Assembly (NCBI GenBank): GCA_965655275.1
Contig: CBFHGD010000001.1
Location: forward strand, 1-53,452
Length of the DNA stretch: 53,452 bases
Reading direction: 5' to 3'
Source of the DNA: Octadecabacter sp.
GTDB lineage: Bacteria; Pseudomonadota; Alphaproteobacteria; Rhodobacterales; Rhodobacteraceae
Shown: in pieces, positions 1-9,371 of the stretch
How the letters are laid out: every line of letters starts with the position of its first letter
Numbering within the stretch: position 1 is the stretch's first letter
The notes under the pieces: model-generated
Databases searched by the model: none
What the model was told of the DNA's origin: nothing
Seen by the model: only the letters and a program-made list of their open reading frames with translations
Translations under genes and position numbers: made by a program

Positions 1-98
1 CCCAGCCTTGCAAAGGCGACCGGACTTCCGTTCAAACCGGTCGGGCCAGTGGTCAACCATGGCGGGCTAAAGGTGCGGCTCTATCAGACACCGCCGCT

Positions 99-1148
99 TT
101 AAAGCCCGATCAACCGGTCAGCCAATGCCATCCAGAGTGGGATTGACAAAATAGCGACAGGCGTGCCCAAACCGGTGGACGTGCCCACATAGGCCGACGG
201 GTTGGCCTTGGGCAACGCGCCACGCATCGTCGGCGGACCAGAGATGTCGGAACTTGACGCCGCCATCACCGACAGCAAAACCACACCACCACCGGAAAAC
301 CCCGTCAGATGGTGCGCGCCCAACCCAGCACCAAACCCGATTAATCCATGCACAAGCGGTGCAGCCAGCCCGTATAGGATGTAGGCATGGGCCACCTTGC
401 GAAGTTCAGACAGGCGCGACCATGCCTCCATCCCCATAATCAACATCAGGATCGACAACAGACCCCGAAACAGTGGCTCATAAAAGCTGTCATAAACGCT
501 ATCCGGCCGTGCAAAAATCCCCAGCCCAAGGCCAAGCACCAAGGCGGAGATCGCCGGGCTTTGGAACGTATCCTTCAAGATCGTCTTAACCATACCCATG
601 TCAAACGCGGCGCCACTGCCCCCGCCAAGTGCCACAGTGCCCCCCTGAACCGCCGCCGCGGTGCGCCGCTGTTCTGCCAGCTTTGCCAGGACGATGGCCG
701 TCACCAATGCGGCGACATCCATGAACGGGTAAAGCGCACCAATAAACCCCTCATAGGCGATGCCATCACCATCCAGCACCGCCATACTCGCCGCCAATGT
801 CGACGCGGACACTGCCCCGAACAACCCCGCCGTTGCCATCCCGTCCATGTGTGAAACGCCGCGCATCCGCGCAATCGTCCGTGTGCCCAGCAGCACAATC
901 GCTACCCCGACAAACGCGGCCCCCAATGCCGGCACCGCCAGTTCAATCAGATTTGCCTCGCGCACGGAAATCCCCGCGCCGATGCCGACCTTCAACAGCA
1001 ACAAGATCACGATGAACTTGTAGACCGGCTCGGGCACCTCGAACTTGCTGCCAAAGGCCGCCAACATCATGCCCCCGATCAAGAAGGCCAGCGTCGGCTT
1101 TTGCATTTGCGCCACCATCGTGGCCGCGATGTCGATGAATATGTCCAT
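99..1148 (-). CDS. sbtA: SbtA-family sodium-dependent bicarbonate transporter
   Basis: 349 aa, about 10 hydrophobic segments; LLLLKVGIGAG, GLFGAVSASTL, ASSSDISGPP and GLGTP match the SbtA family pattern. Confidence 0.85.
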   Translation of the reverse strand: MDIFIDIAATMVAQMQKPTLAFLIGGMMLAAFGSKFEVPEPVYKFIVILLLLKVGIGAGISVREANLIELAVPALGAAFVGVAIVLLGTRTIARMRGVSHMDGMATAGLFGAVSASTLAASMAVLDGDGIAYEGFIGALYPFMDVAALVTAIVLAKLAEQRRTAAAVQGGTVALGGGSGAAFDMGMVKTILKDTFQSPAISALVLGLGLGIFARPDSVYDSFYEPLFRGLLSILMLIMGMEAWSRLSELRKVAHAYILYGLAAPLVHGLIGFGAGLGAHHLTGFSGGGVVLLSVMAASSSDISGPPTMRGALPKANPSAYVGTSTGLGTPVAILSIPLWMALADRLIGL

Positions 1149-1189
1149 GCTCGGTCCTTCGGGTCGGGCTTCCGGACCGACCTAACGGT

Positions 1190-1245
1190 CACATAATGCA
1201 CATAAAAATATATCTTTCTAAATGAAATGATCTATTTAACAGAAT
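1190..1245. promoter_or_regulatory. AT-rich divergent promoter region, probable LysR operator
   Basis: Very AT-rich tract (ATAAAAATATATCTTTCTAAATGAAATGATCTATTTAA) between divergent sbtA and LysR, typical LTTR layout; exact box not resolved. Confidence 0.5.
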
Positions 1246-2124
1246 ATGGATCATCTGAATTACCATCACCTGCGCTATTTCCACGCCGTTGCCCATGACG
1301 GAAACCTGACGCGCGCTGCAAGCCGCCTCAACGTGTCGCAATCCGCGCTTTCCACCCAGATCAAGCAACTCGAGGACCGGCTTGGTCATTCGTTGTTCGA
1401 GCGTATCGGCCGGCGGCTTGAACTGACGGAGGTGGGGCGCATCGCGCTGGACCACGCCGACCGGATATTTGAAACAGGCACGGAACTCCTCGCCTCGCTG
1501 GATCGCAAAAGCGGGACAAATCCACCCCTACGGGTCGGTGCCCTCTCAACCCTGTCGCGAAACTTTCAATTACGGTTCCTGAAACCTGCACTGGGTGACA
1601 CCGCAACAGATATTGTCCTGCGGTCGGGCTCTGAGGCTGAACTGCTCGACGCGCTGACAACCCTCAACCTCGATGTGCTGCTCTCAACCGAACCGCCCCG
1701 CCTCGCCACCGGATCGGATTTCATCGCGTTCAAACTGGCGCAGCAACCCGTCGGGCTGCATGGTCCGCCCGAACGATTACACCACAAATCACTCAAGGCT
1801 CTCCTGAAACAAGAGGCCTTCATCCTTCCGACCGAAAGCAACATTCGCGCCGGTTTCATCGGGCTGGCCGACAGGCTGGGGGTGACCCCTCGCATCGCGG
1901 CTGATGTGGACGATATGGCGATGGTCCGCTTGCTGGCGCGCGCAGGCGTAGGTATCGCTGTCGCACCCGCCGTTGTGGTGCAAGACGAGCTGACATCAGG
2001 TCGCCTTGCAACAGCGCCTTTCACGCTCGATATCGACGAAAGCTTCTTTGCCATCACCCGCAAGCGCAGCTTTCCGCACCCCCTCCTCGCGGCGCTGATC
2101 GACGCGATGCACGAAACGGCATAG
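1246..2124 (+). CDS. LysR-family transcriptional regulator (NhaR-like)
   Basis: LNYHHLRYFHAVAHDGNLTRAASRLNVSQSALSTQIKQLE HTH, LFERIGRRLELTE; 292 aa. Confidence 0.93.
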   Translation: MDHLNYHHLRYFHAVAHDGNLTRAASRLNVSQSALSTQIKQLEDRLGHSLFERIGRRLELTEVGRIALDHADRIFETGTELLASLDRKSGTNPPLRVGALSTLSRNFQLRFLKPALGDTATDIVLRSGSEAELLDALTTLNLDVLLSTEPPRLATGSDFIAFKLAQQPVGLHGPPERLHHKSLKALLKQEAFILPTESNIRAGFIGLADRLGVTPRIAADVDDMAMVRLLARAGVGIAVAPAVVVQDELTSGRLATAPFTLDIDESFFAITRKRSFPHPLLAALIDAMHETA

Positions 2125-2187
2125 GGCGACATCACACAACGCTTCCCAAACGCGCAAAACCTGTATAAACGCGCGTTTATCTGTAAC

Positions 2188-2284
2188 GAGACGCTTATGA
2201 TCCCGGCGTTCGCACTAAGGATAGGGGTCGGTGGCAATGGGGCCACCAATGATACGAGGGACCCGGAACGCCGGGAGCGCCCTC
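2188..2284 (+). promoter_or_regulatory. Structured pnp 5' leader (probable RNase III autoregulation stem)
   Basis: TCCCGGCGTTC (2201-2211) is the exact reverse complement of GAACGCCGGGA (2266-2276), enclosing inner GGGTC/GACCC and GGTGGC/GCCACC helices. Confidence 0.6.
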
Positions 2285-2299
2285 AAATAGGAAACGATA

Positions 2300-4432
2300 A
2301 TGTTCAAAGAAGTTAAAAAATCCATTCAGTGGGGCGAAGAAACGCTGACACTGGAAACGGGTAAGGTTGCGCGTCAGGCAGACGGCACCGTAATCGCCAC
2401 ATACGGCGAAACAACCGTTATGGCGAACGTCACGTTCGCAAAGAAACAAAAGCCGGGTCAGGATTTCTTCCCGCTGACCGTTCACTACGGTGAAAAGTAT
2501 TACGCCGCCGGCAAAGTGCCAGGTGGTTTCTTCAAGCGCGAGGCGCGCCCGACGGAAAAAGAGACGCTCACAAGCCGTCTGATCGACCGTCCAATTCGCC
2601 CGCTGTTCGTCGAAGGATTCAAGAACGAGGTCCTCGTGATCTGTACTGTTCTGTCCCACGATCTCGTCAACGACCCCGACATGGTCGCCATGATCGCCGC
2701 CTCCGCTGCGCTGACAATTTCCGGTGCACCGTTTATGGGCCCAATCGCGGCCTGCCGCGTCGGTTTTGAAGACGGCGACTACATCCTGAACCCTGAAATG
2801 GACGACATGCACAAGCTGCGTGAAAATCCCGAACAGCGTTTGGACCTTGTTGTTGCAGGCACCAAAGACGCCGTGATGATGGTTGAATCGGAAGCCTACG
2901 AGCTGTCTGAGGACGAAATGCTCGGCGCTGTTGAATTTGCTCACGAGCAGATCCAGCCGGTCATCGACATGATCATTGACCTTGCCGAAGACGCAGCCAA
3001 AGCACCGTTCGACTTCCAGGCCCCTGATTATTCCGACCTGTCCAAGGCTGTTGCCAAGGCCGGTGAAAAGCAGATGCGCAAAGCGTTTGCAATTCAGGAC
3101 AAGCAGGAACGCACCACGGCCGTCAACGACGCCCGCACCGCGATCAAAGAAGCCCTCACGGATGAGCAGCTGGCCGACGAAAACCTCGGCTCCGCGATGA
3201 AAGGCCTCGAAGCCTCCATCCTGCGCGGTGACGTTGTAAAAACCGGCAAGCGCATCGACGGCCGCAAGACCGACGAGATCCGCGACATCGTATCTGAAAC
3301 CGGCATCCTGCCACGCACCCACGGGTCTGCCTTGTTCACACGCGGCGAAACCCAAGGTCTGGTTGTGACCACGCTGGGCACTGGCGACGACGAGCAGATG
3401 ATCGACTCGCTGCAAGGCATGTACAAGTCGAACTTCCTGCTGCACTACAACTTCCCTCCCTACTCGGTCGGCGAAGTTGGTCGTTTCGGCCCTCCCGGTC
3501 GTCGGGAAATCGGCCACGGTAAACTCGCATGGCGCGCGCTTCAGGCTGTTTTGCCCGCGGCAACGGATTTCCCTTACACAGTCCGTGTTGTGTCCGAGAT
3601 CACTGAATCCAACGGTTCGTCCTCCATGGCGTCCGTTTGTGGCGGGTCCTTGTCCATGATGGACGCCGGTGTGCCGCTCAAAGCACCGGTTGCCGGCGTG
3701 GCCATGGGTCTGATTATGGAAGACAGCGGCGACTACGCCATCCTGTCCGACATTCTGGGTGACGAAGACCACCTCGGCGATATGGACTTCAAGGTTGCCG
3801 GCACAGAAAACGGCATCACGTCCTTGCAGATGGACATCAAGATCGCAGGCATTACGCCCGCCATCATGAAAAAGGCACTGGCGCAGGCCAAGGCCGGTCG
3901 TCTGCACATTCTGGGTGAGATGAACAAGGCGCTGTCCTCGGCAGGCGAATTCTCCGAGCACGCTCCACGCATCGAAACCATGCAGGTGCCAACGGACAAA
4001 ATCCGCGAAGTCATCGGGTCTGGCGGTAAAGTCATCCGCGAGATCGTCGAAGTGTCCGGCGCCAAAGTCGACATCAACGACGAAGGCATTATCAAGATCG
4101 CATCGCCGAACGGCGAAGCCATCAAGAAAGCCTACGACATGATCTGGTCCATCGTGGCCGAGCCAGAAGAAGGCGGCATCTACAAAGGCACGGTCGTCAA
4201 GATCGTGGATTTCGGTGCTTTCGTGAACTTCTTCGGCAAGAAAGACGGCCTCGTGCATGTTTCGCAGATCGAAAACCGCCGCCTGAACCACCCGTCCGAT
4301 GTCCTTAAGGAAGGTCAGGAAGTTTGGGTCAAGCTGCTGGGCTTTGATGACCGCGGCAAAGTGCGTCTGTCCATGAAAGTCGTAGACCAGGCAACTGGCG
4401 AAGCGGCGAAAGAGGAAGCGAAAGAAGAGTAA
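2300..4432 (+). CDS. pnp: Polyribonucleotide nucleotidyltransferase (PNPase)
   Basis: [45 protein letters not shown]; KH (IGSGGKVIR) and S1 (FGAFV...GLVHVS) domains. Confidence 0.99.
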   Translation: MFKEVKKSIQWGEETLTLETGKVARQADGTVIATYGETTVMANVTFAKKQKPGQDFFPLTVHYGEKYYAAGKVPGGFFKREARPTEKETLTSRLIDRPIRPLFVEGFKNEVLVICTVLSHDLVNDPDMVAMIAASAALTISGAPFMGPIAACRVGFEDGDYILNPEMDDMHKLRENPEQRLDLVVAGTKDAVMMVESEAYELSEDEMLGAVEFAHEQIQPVIDMIIDLAEDAAKAPFDFQAPDYSDLSKAVAKAGEKQMRKAFAIQDKQERTTAVNDARTAIKEALTDEQLADENLGSAMKGLEASILRGDVVKTGKRIDGRKTDEIRDIVSETGILPRTHGSALFTRGETQGLVVTTLGTGDDEQMIDSLQGMYKSNFLLHYNFPPYSVGEVGRFGPPGRREIGHGKLAWRALQAVLPAATDFPYTVRVVSEITESNGSSSMASVCGGSLSMMDAGVPLKAPVAGVAMGLIMEDSGDYAILSDILGDEDHLGDMDFKVAGTENGITSLQMDIKIAGITPAIMKKALAQAKAGRLHILGEMNKALSSAGEFSEHAPRIETMQVPTDKIREVIGSGGKVIREIVEVSGAKVDINDEGIIKIASPNGEAIKKAYDMIWSIVAEPEEGGIYKGTVVKIVDFGAFVNFFGKKDGLVHVSQIENRRLNHPSDVLKEGQEVWVKLLGFDDRGKVRLSMKVVDQATGEAAKEEAKEE

Positions 4433-4453
4433 TCTTCGAACGCTCAATGAAGG

Positions 4454-4480
4454 GCCCCGGCGGAAACGCCGGGGCTGTTT
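4454..4480 (+). terminator. Rho-independent terminator of pnp
   Basis: GCCCCGGCG-GAAA-CGCCGGGGC followed by TGTTT. Confidence 0.8.
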
Positions 4481-4561
4481 CACGATAAGTTAGGCGATTG
4501 TGTTTGTCAGTGCCCGGCGCCCTCATCGCTCTGATCTCTGCCGTAAGAATGTTAGAATGAA

Positions 4562-5554
4562 ATGCTGAAATCCCTTCACCCGCGCACCCTTCCAATCGCC
4601 CGTCGTCCGTTGAGTTCAGCATCACAAGATGCGCTCGCAAAGTTCGATACGATGTTGGAACGCGCGGATAAGAATTCAGACATCAAACCTTTGATGAAAC
4701 AGCTCAAGCAGGTGCCTGCGGCTGAACGGCAGCTCGACTGGGTCGAACGCGCTATCACTGCTTATGCACGGACCAGAACAAAAATAGCCCGTGCAGCGTC
4801 CTTGCTCGGTAGCCTTCGCAAAGAACGTGCCAAACGTGGTGAAAGCAAACAACACAAACAGTTCGTGGCAGCTTTGCAGGCGCGAATTGCCCCTTACAGA
4901 TTGACGAATCATGGCCTCAGCTTGCCGTTTTCCGAGCAAGACCCTTTAAAAATCACAAGTGAACTTCAGGCTTTGTTTGATTGCCTTGATGCGCATGGAT
5001 ACTCAGCATTCATAAACTCTGGCACTCTCTTAGGCGCAGTCCGTGAACAACAATTCTTGCCACACGACGACGATATCGACCTTGCTGTTCTCATCGAGGG
5101 GGCTACGCCGTGCGCGCGACGCAAAGCTCTGTTGCATTTGGCGTCCGTGATCAGAGAGGCAAACATCAGCGACGGACCTGTGGCCTTGTCTCGGCGAGGC
5201 CCCTTGGTCAAACTCGAAGTTGAAGAAAATGTCGGAGTCGATCTTTTTGCCTTTTGGGTTGAAGACGACCGGGTTTTCATCTGGCCACACACATTTGGCG
5301 AACTGAACCGCGACGATGTCTTCCCACTGACGACGGCCTCCCTTCACGGAACTCCGTTTCCCGCCCCGAAAGACGCTGAAAAAATGCTGTCGATCAACTA
5401 CGGACCCGATTGGCACAGACCAGATTCGCAATTTGTGTTTAGTTGGGACAATGCAAAAGAACGCTTCGCCGCTGACTGCAAACATTATGGTGGCTACCGC
5501 AAACGTCTATCCATGTTGTTGAAGGATCTTTTCAACAAGACAAGCCGGGCCTAA
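4562..5554 (+). CDS. LicD-family phosphotransferase (nucleotidyltransferase fold)
   Basis: FINSGTLLGAVREQQFLPHDDDIDL, VDLF and FPAPKDAEKMLSINYGPDWHRPD are LicD signatures; basic N-terminal extension. Confidence 0.85.
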   Translation: MLKSLHPRTLPIARRPLSSASQDALAKFDTMLERADKNSDIKPLMKQLKQVPAAERQLDWVERAITAYARTRTKIARAASLLGSLRKERAKRGESKQHKQFVAALQARIAPYRLTNHGLSLPFSEQDPLKITSELQALFDCLDAHGYSAFINSGTLLGAVREQQFLPHDDDIDLAVLIEGATPCARRKALLHLASVIREANISDGPVALSRRGPLVKLEVEENVGVDLFAFWVEDDRVFIWPHTFGELNRDDVFPLTTASLHGTPFPAPKDAEKMLSINYGPDWHRPDSQFVFSWDNAKERFAADCKHYGGYRKRLSMLLKDLFNKTSRA

Positions 5555-5659
5555 TGCGCTCAACGCCCGATACCTGACAGTAATGTGTAAAGTGACCAAT
5601 TGCCGACCCCCGCCGTTTTGCTGCATAGTCATGCAAATTCTGTTCATTTCGAGGTTTCC

Positions 5660-6214
5660 ATGCTTACCCGCCGCACTTTCCTGACCACAACCGCCGCCAC
5701 AGTGGGCGTTGCTGCAACGTCTGCCAGCGCGCAGGGCTATCTGGTCCCCGAACAAAACCTGCCCCGCGTCGTGCGGATTGATCGTGATTACGCACCGGGC
5801 GAAGTTCACGTCGAACCGGGCAATTTTAAACTCTACTGGATGCTTGGCCCGGGTCTCGCGCTGGAATACGCCGTCGGCATTGGCCGCGCGGGCCTGTATG
5901 AAAGCGGTGATTTCAGGATCAACGCCAAAAAAGAATGGCCAAGCTGGACGCCGACGCCCGAGATGATCGAACGTGATCCAGCGTCCTACAAGCAATACGA
6001 GGAAGGTATGGAAGGCGGAATAAACAACCCGCTGGGGGCGCGAGCCCTTTACCTGTTCAGCGGTCAACGCGACACGTTCCTGCGCATTCACGGCACCAAT
6101 GCCCCACGCACCATCGGCAGCGCGGTTTCCAACGGGTGTGTGCGGCTTGTGAACAGCCACATCTCGGATTTGTATAACCGCGTGCCCCTGCGCACCCGCG
6201 CGGTACTTCACTAA
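5660..6214 (+). CDS. L,D-transpeptidase (YkuD/ErfK family), Tat-exported
   Basis: GAGG RBS then ATG 5660; TRRTFL twin-arginine signal; KEWPSWTP, NPLGARALYL, IHGT...SNGCVRL. Confidence 0.93.
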   Translation: MLTRRTFLTTTAATVGVAATSASAQGYLVPEQNLPRVVRIDRDYAPGEVHVEPGNFKLYWMLGPGLALEYAVGIGRAGLYESGDFRINAKKEWPSWTPTPEMIERDPASYKQYEEGMEGGINNPLGARALYLFSGQRDTFLRIHGTNAPRTIGSAVSNGCVRLVNSHISDLYNRVPLRTRAVLH

Positions 6215-6234
6215 GCGCCAACAAAACCTGCGTT

Positions 6235-6269
6235 AAAAAGGTCCCCGCGTTTCGCATGGGGCCTTTTTT
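6235..6269 (+). terminator. Rho-independent terminator
   Basis: AAAAAGGTCCC...GGGGCCTTTTTT hairpin after the L,D-transpeptidase stop. Confidence 0.7.
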
Positions 6270-6358
6270 GTGCAATTCCCCCTATCCTGAATGACCGAAC
6301 ATGATTCATCTTCCTTTCAACTGCTCAAATTCTGAGCAGATTAGGGAAAGGGAACATC

Positions 6359-7048
6359 ATGAAAAAACCATTGGCCGAATTTATCGGCACATTCACACTC
6401 GTCCTGTTGGGGTGCGGCGCTGCTGTGATCGCGGGCGCTGACGGAACCACTGGTATTGGACTTGCAGGCATCAGTTTCGCCTTCGGACTCGCATTAATCG
6501 GCATGGCCTATGGCATAGGTCCGGTGTCTGGATGCCACATCAACCCGGCTGTGTCCTTGGGTGCCGTCGCAGCTGGTCGCATGACCATCGCCGAAGCGAT
6601 TCCTTACATGGTCGCACAAGTCGCAGGCGCTATCGCTGGTGCGCTGGTCTTGTACATCATAGCATCAGGGAGCGCTGGCTACGAAGGCAGCATGGGCGCG
6701 AACGGCTGGGGTGAAGGCTATCTGGGTGAATACAACATGACCTCCGCATTTGTGTTCGAAGTCGTCGCGACGTTCCTGTTCATGGTCGTCATTCTTGGCG
6801 CAACGGGCAAAGGCGCAACCGCGGCTATGGCCGGCCTCGCCATAGGTCTGGCGCTCGTTGTCATCCACCTTGTGGGCATCAACGTGACTGGCGTATCCGT
6901 GAACCCCGCAAGGTCCATTGGGCCAGCATTGTTTGCTGGCGGATCGGCTATCGCGCAGCTGTGGCTGTTCATCGTCGCACCGATCATCGGCGCTGTTGCG
7001 GCAGGTTTGCTGTTCAAATCCGGCCTGCTTGACGCCGACGACGCATAA
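6359..7048 (+). CDS. aqpZ: Aquaporin Z (MIP family)
   Basis: AEFIGTF, SGCHINPAV and SVNPARS (two NPA motifs), LWLFIVAPIIGA. Confidence 0.92.
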   Translation: MKKPLAEFIGTFTLVLLGCGAAVIAGADGTTGIGLAGISFAFGLALIGMAYGIGPVSGCHINPAVSLGAVAAGRMTIAEAIPYMVAQVAGAIAGALVLYIIASGSAGYEGSMGANGWGEGYLGEYNMTSAFVFEVVATFLFMVVILGATGKGATAAMAGLAIGLALVVIHLVGINVTGVSVNPARSIGPALFAGGSAIAQLWLFIVAPIIGAVAAGLLFKSGLLDADDA

Positions 7049-7067
7049 ACACGTACCCAAGTAACGC

Positions 7068-7099
7068 AAAAGGCCCCGTCAGGTGACGGGGCCTTTTTT
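7068..7099. terminator. Bidirectional terminator between aqpZ and peroxiredoxin
   Basis: AAAAGGCCCCGTCA-GG-TGACGGGGCCTTTTTT between convergent genes. Confidence 0.88.
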
Positions 7100-7116
7100 A
7101 TGTCTGCTAAGTCGCC

Positions 7117-7770
7117 TTAGCTCGGCAGTTTTGCCATCCGCAAGTACGGCAGCTTGGCGTCGATCGAGCCATATTTGGCAATCGCATCCTCGTCCGACAC
7201 GGATGTCGGCACAACAACGTCCTGTCCAAGTTCCCAGTTCGCAGGCGTCGCCACGTTTTCACGTGCCGCAGTTTGCAATCCATCAAGCGCGCGCAACACT
7301 TCGGCAAAGTTGCGGCCTACGTTCATCGGGTATGTCATCGACAGCTTCAGCTGCTTGTCCGGCCCAACGATAAACACCGCACGGACAGTCGCGCTATCCG
7401 CTGGCGTGCGCCCGTCAGGCATGTAGGCCTCGGCAGGCAGCATGTCGAACGCCTTGGCGAGCTCCAGATCCTCGTCCGCTACAATGGGGAAGCCCGCAGA
7501 CGCGCCGCTGGTCGATTCAATGTCCGACTTCCACTTCTTGTGCTCCTCGACACCGTCGATGGAAATACCCAGCACTTTGGTGCCGCGCTTGTCCCACTCG
7601 TCCGCCAATTGCGCCACGGCGCCAAATTCGGTCGTGCAGACAGGGGTGAAGTCTTTCGGGTGGCTGAAAAGGATTGCCCAGCTATCACCGATCCAGTCGT
7701 GCAAGGCAAATGTGCCAAGGTCGGTTTCAACAGTGAGGTTCGGGATGGTGTCGTTGATACGTAGTCCCAT
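7117..7770 (-). CDS. 1-Cys peroxiredoxin (Prx6 type)
   Basis: FSHPKDFTPVCTTE, YPMNVGRNF, ATPANW; start at MGLRIND (7770) behind a GGAG RBS. Confidence 0.95.
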   Translation of the reverse strand: MGLRINDTIPNLTVETDLGTFALHDWIGDSWAILFSHPKDFTPVCTTEFGAVAQLADEWDKRGTKVLGISIDGVEEHKKWKSDIESTSGASAGFPIVADEDLELAKAFDMLPAEAYMPDGRTPADSATVRAVFIVGPDKQLKLSMTYPMNVGRNFAEVLRALDGLQTAARENVATPANWELGQDVVVPTSVSDEDAIAKYGSIDAKLPYLRMAKLPS

Positions 7771-7880
7771 GTCGGGTCTCCTTCTTGTATGCGTTCCCCG
7801 TTCATATATGTCTGGTGTGAGAACAGTTCCAGCACCGAGGGGTCTACCTGCGACCATTCGTGCCAATCGGAGGATAAACC

Positions 7881-9305
7881 ATGATCGAGAAACGCGATTT
7901 TTACATCAACGGCCAGTGGGTCGCGCCTGCAAAGGCAAACGACTTCAACGTCATCGACCCGTCGACCGAAGAACCCTGCGCAGTTATTTCACTTGGTGAT
8001 CAGGCCGACACGGATGCAGCCGTTGCCGCCGCCAAAGCCGCCTTCCCCGACTGGGCCTTCGTCGCCAAGTCCGAAAAGATGGCGCTGCTGAAACGGCTCT
8101 TGGAAGTTTACAACGACCGCCAGGAAGAAATGGCGCAGGCGATGTCCATGGAAATGGGCGCCCCGATCGCTCTCAGCCGCGCCCAGCAAGTTGGCGCAGG
8201 CTCCTGGCACCTCGAAGGATTCCTCAAGGCGTTTGAGGACTTCGAATTCGAGCGTGACTTCACCGCGACCGAGAAAACCCTGCTCGAACCCATTGGCGTC
8301 ACCGCGTTGATCACCCCGTGGAACTGGCCGATGAACCAAATCGTGCTGAAGGCCGTCCCTGCCATCGCCGTCGGCTGCACCACGGTCCTCAAGCCATCCG
8401 AGATCGCGCCGCTGTCCGGCCACCTTTTCGCGGAATTCATGCATGAGGCGGGCTTCCCCGCCGGTGTGTTCAACATGCTTAACGGGGATGGCGCCGGTGT
8501 TGGCTCGCAACTCTCCGCGCATCCTGACGTAGACATGATCAGCTTCACCGGCTCCTCGCGCGCGGGTAAACTCATCTCCAAATCCGCCGCAGATACGCTC
8601 AAGCGCGTGAGCCTCGAACTCGGCGGCAAAGGCGCGAATATCATCTTCGCAGACGCAGGAAGAAAAGCCGTCGAATACGGTGCGACCCGTTGTTTCCGCA
8701 ACTCGGGCCAATCATGCAACGCGCCCACACGGATGCTGGTGGAGTCGTCATTCTATGACGAAGCCGTCGAAATCGCGTCCAAGGTCGCGACTGAAACCCG
8801 CGTTGGCCCCGCATCCGAAGAAGGTAAGCACATCGGCCCCGTCGTGTCCGAGGCACAGTTCGACAAAATCCAGGGTTTGATTGAAGTCGGCATGGGCGAA
8901 GCCCGCCTTACCGCGGGTGGCTTGGGCCGCCCTGACGGGTTGAACCGCGGCTACTACGTAAAGCCAACGGTCTTTGCCGACGTCACCAACGACATGACCA
9001 TCGCACAGGAAGAGGTCTTTGGCCCCGTCCTGTCGATCCTCAAGTTCGACACCGTGGATGAAGCCATCGCCATCGCCAACGACACACCCTACGGCCTGAC
9101 CAATTACATCCAGACACCGGACGACGAAAAGCGCCAGTATACGGCGCGGCGCCTCCGCTCCGGCATGGTCGAAACCAATGGCAGCGGCTTTGCACAGGGT
9201 TCCCCGTTCGGGGGCTACAAACAGTCCGGTAACGGGCGCGAAGGTGGTGCATACGGGCTTGAGGAGTTCCTCGAGGTAAAGGCCGTGTCTGGCTGGACAT
9301 CATAA
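7881..9305 (+). CDS. NAD(P)-dependent aldehyde dehydrogenase
   Basis: ITPWNWP, FTGS, LELGGK, GQSC catalytic Cys, EEVFGP, PFGGYKQSG. Confidence 0.96.
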   Translation: MIEKRDFYINGQWVAPAKANDFNVIDPSTEEPCAVISLGDQADTDAAVAAAKAAFPDWAFVAKSEKMALLKRLLEVYNDRQEEMAQAMSMEMGAPIALSRAQQVGAGSWHLEGFLKAFEDFEFERDFTATEKTLLEPIGVTALITPWNWPMNQIVLKAVPAIAVGCTTVLKPSEIAPLSGHLFAEFMHEAGFPAGVFNMLNGDGAGVGSQLSAHPDVDMISFTGSSRAGKLISKSAADTLKRVSLELGGKGANIIFADAGRKAVEYGATRCFRNSGQSCNAPTRMLVESSFYDEAVEIASKVATETRVGPASEEGKHIGPVVSEAQFDKIQGLIEVGMGEARLTAGGLGRPDGLNRGYYVKPTVFADVTNDMTIAQEEVFGPVLSILKFDTVDEAIAIANDTPYGLTNYIQTPDDEKRQYTARRLRSGMVETNGSGFAQGSPFGGYKQSGNGREGGAYGLEEFLEVKAVSGWTS

Positions 9306-9371
9306 CGTCACCCCCGCGCCAGCAGGCAACTTGGGATAGACAGACTAGGGCGGCGCGGATAGGTAATCACC

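Noticed and set aside
1-60. Possible minus-strand gene start MVDHWPDRFERKSGRLCKAG after sbtA
   Set aside because: Only 20 codons visible, no clear RBS, no resemblance to SbtB/PII; cannot be supported
2195-4483. 762-aa antisense ORF over pnp
   Set aside because: Shadow of biased codon usage on the coding strand; no motifs
7803-7831. RpoH-like promoter for peroxiredoxin (CTGG-N18-CATATAT on the minus strand)
   Set aside because: Mismatch in the -35 core; plausible but too weak to list
9306-9345. CGTCACCCCCGCG.. resembling the start of a palindromic intergenic repeat
   Set aside because: Second arm absent; too short to call
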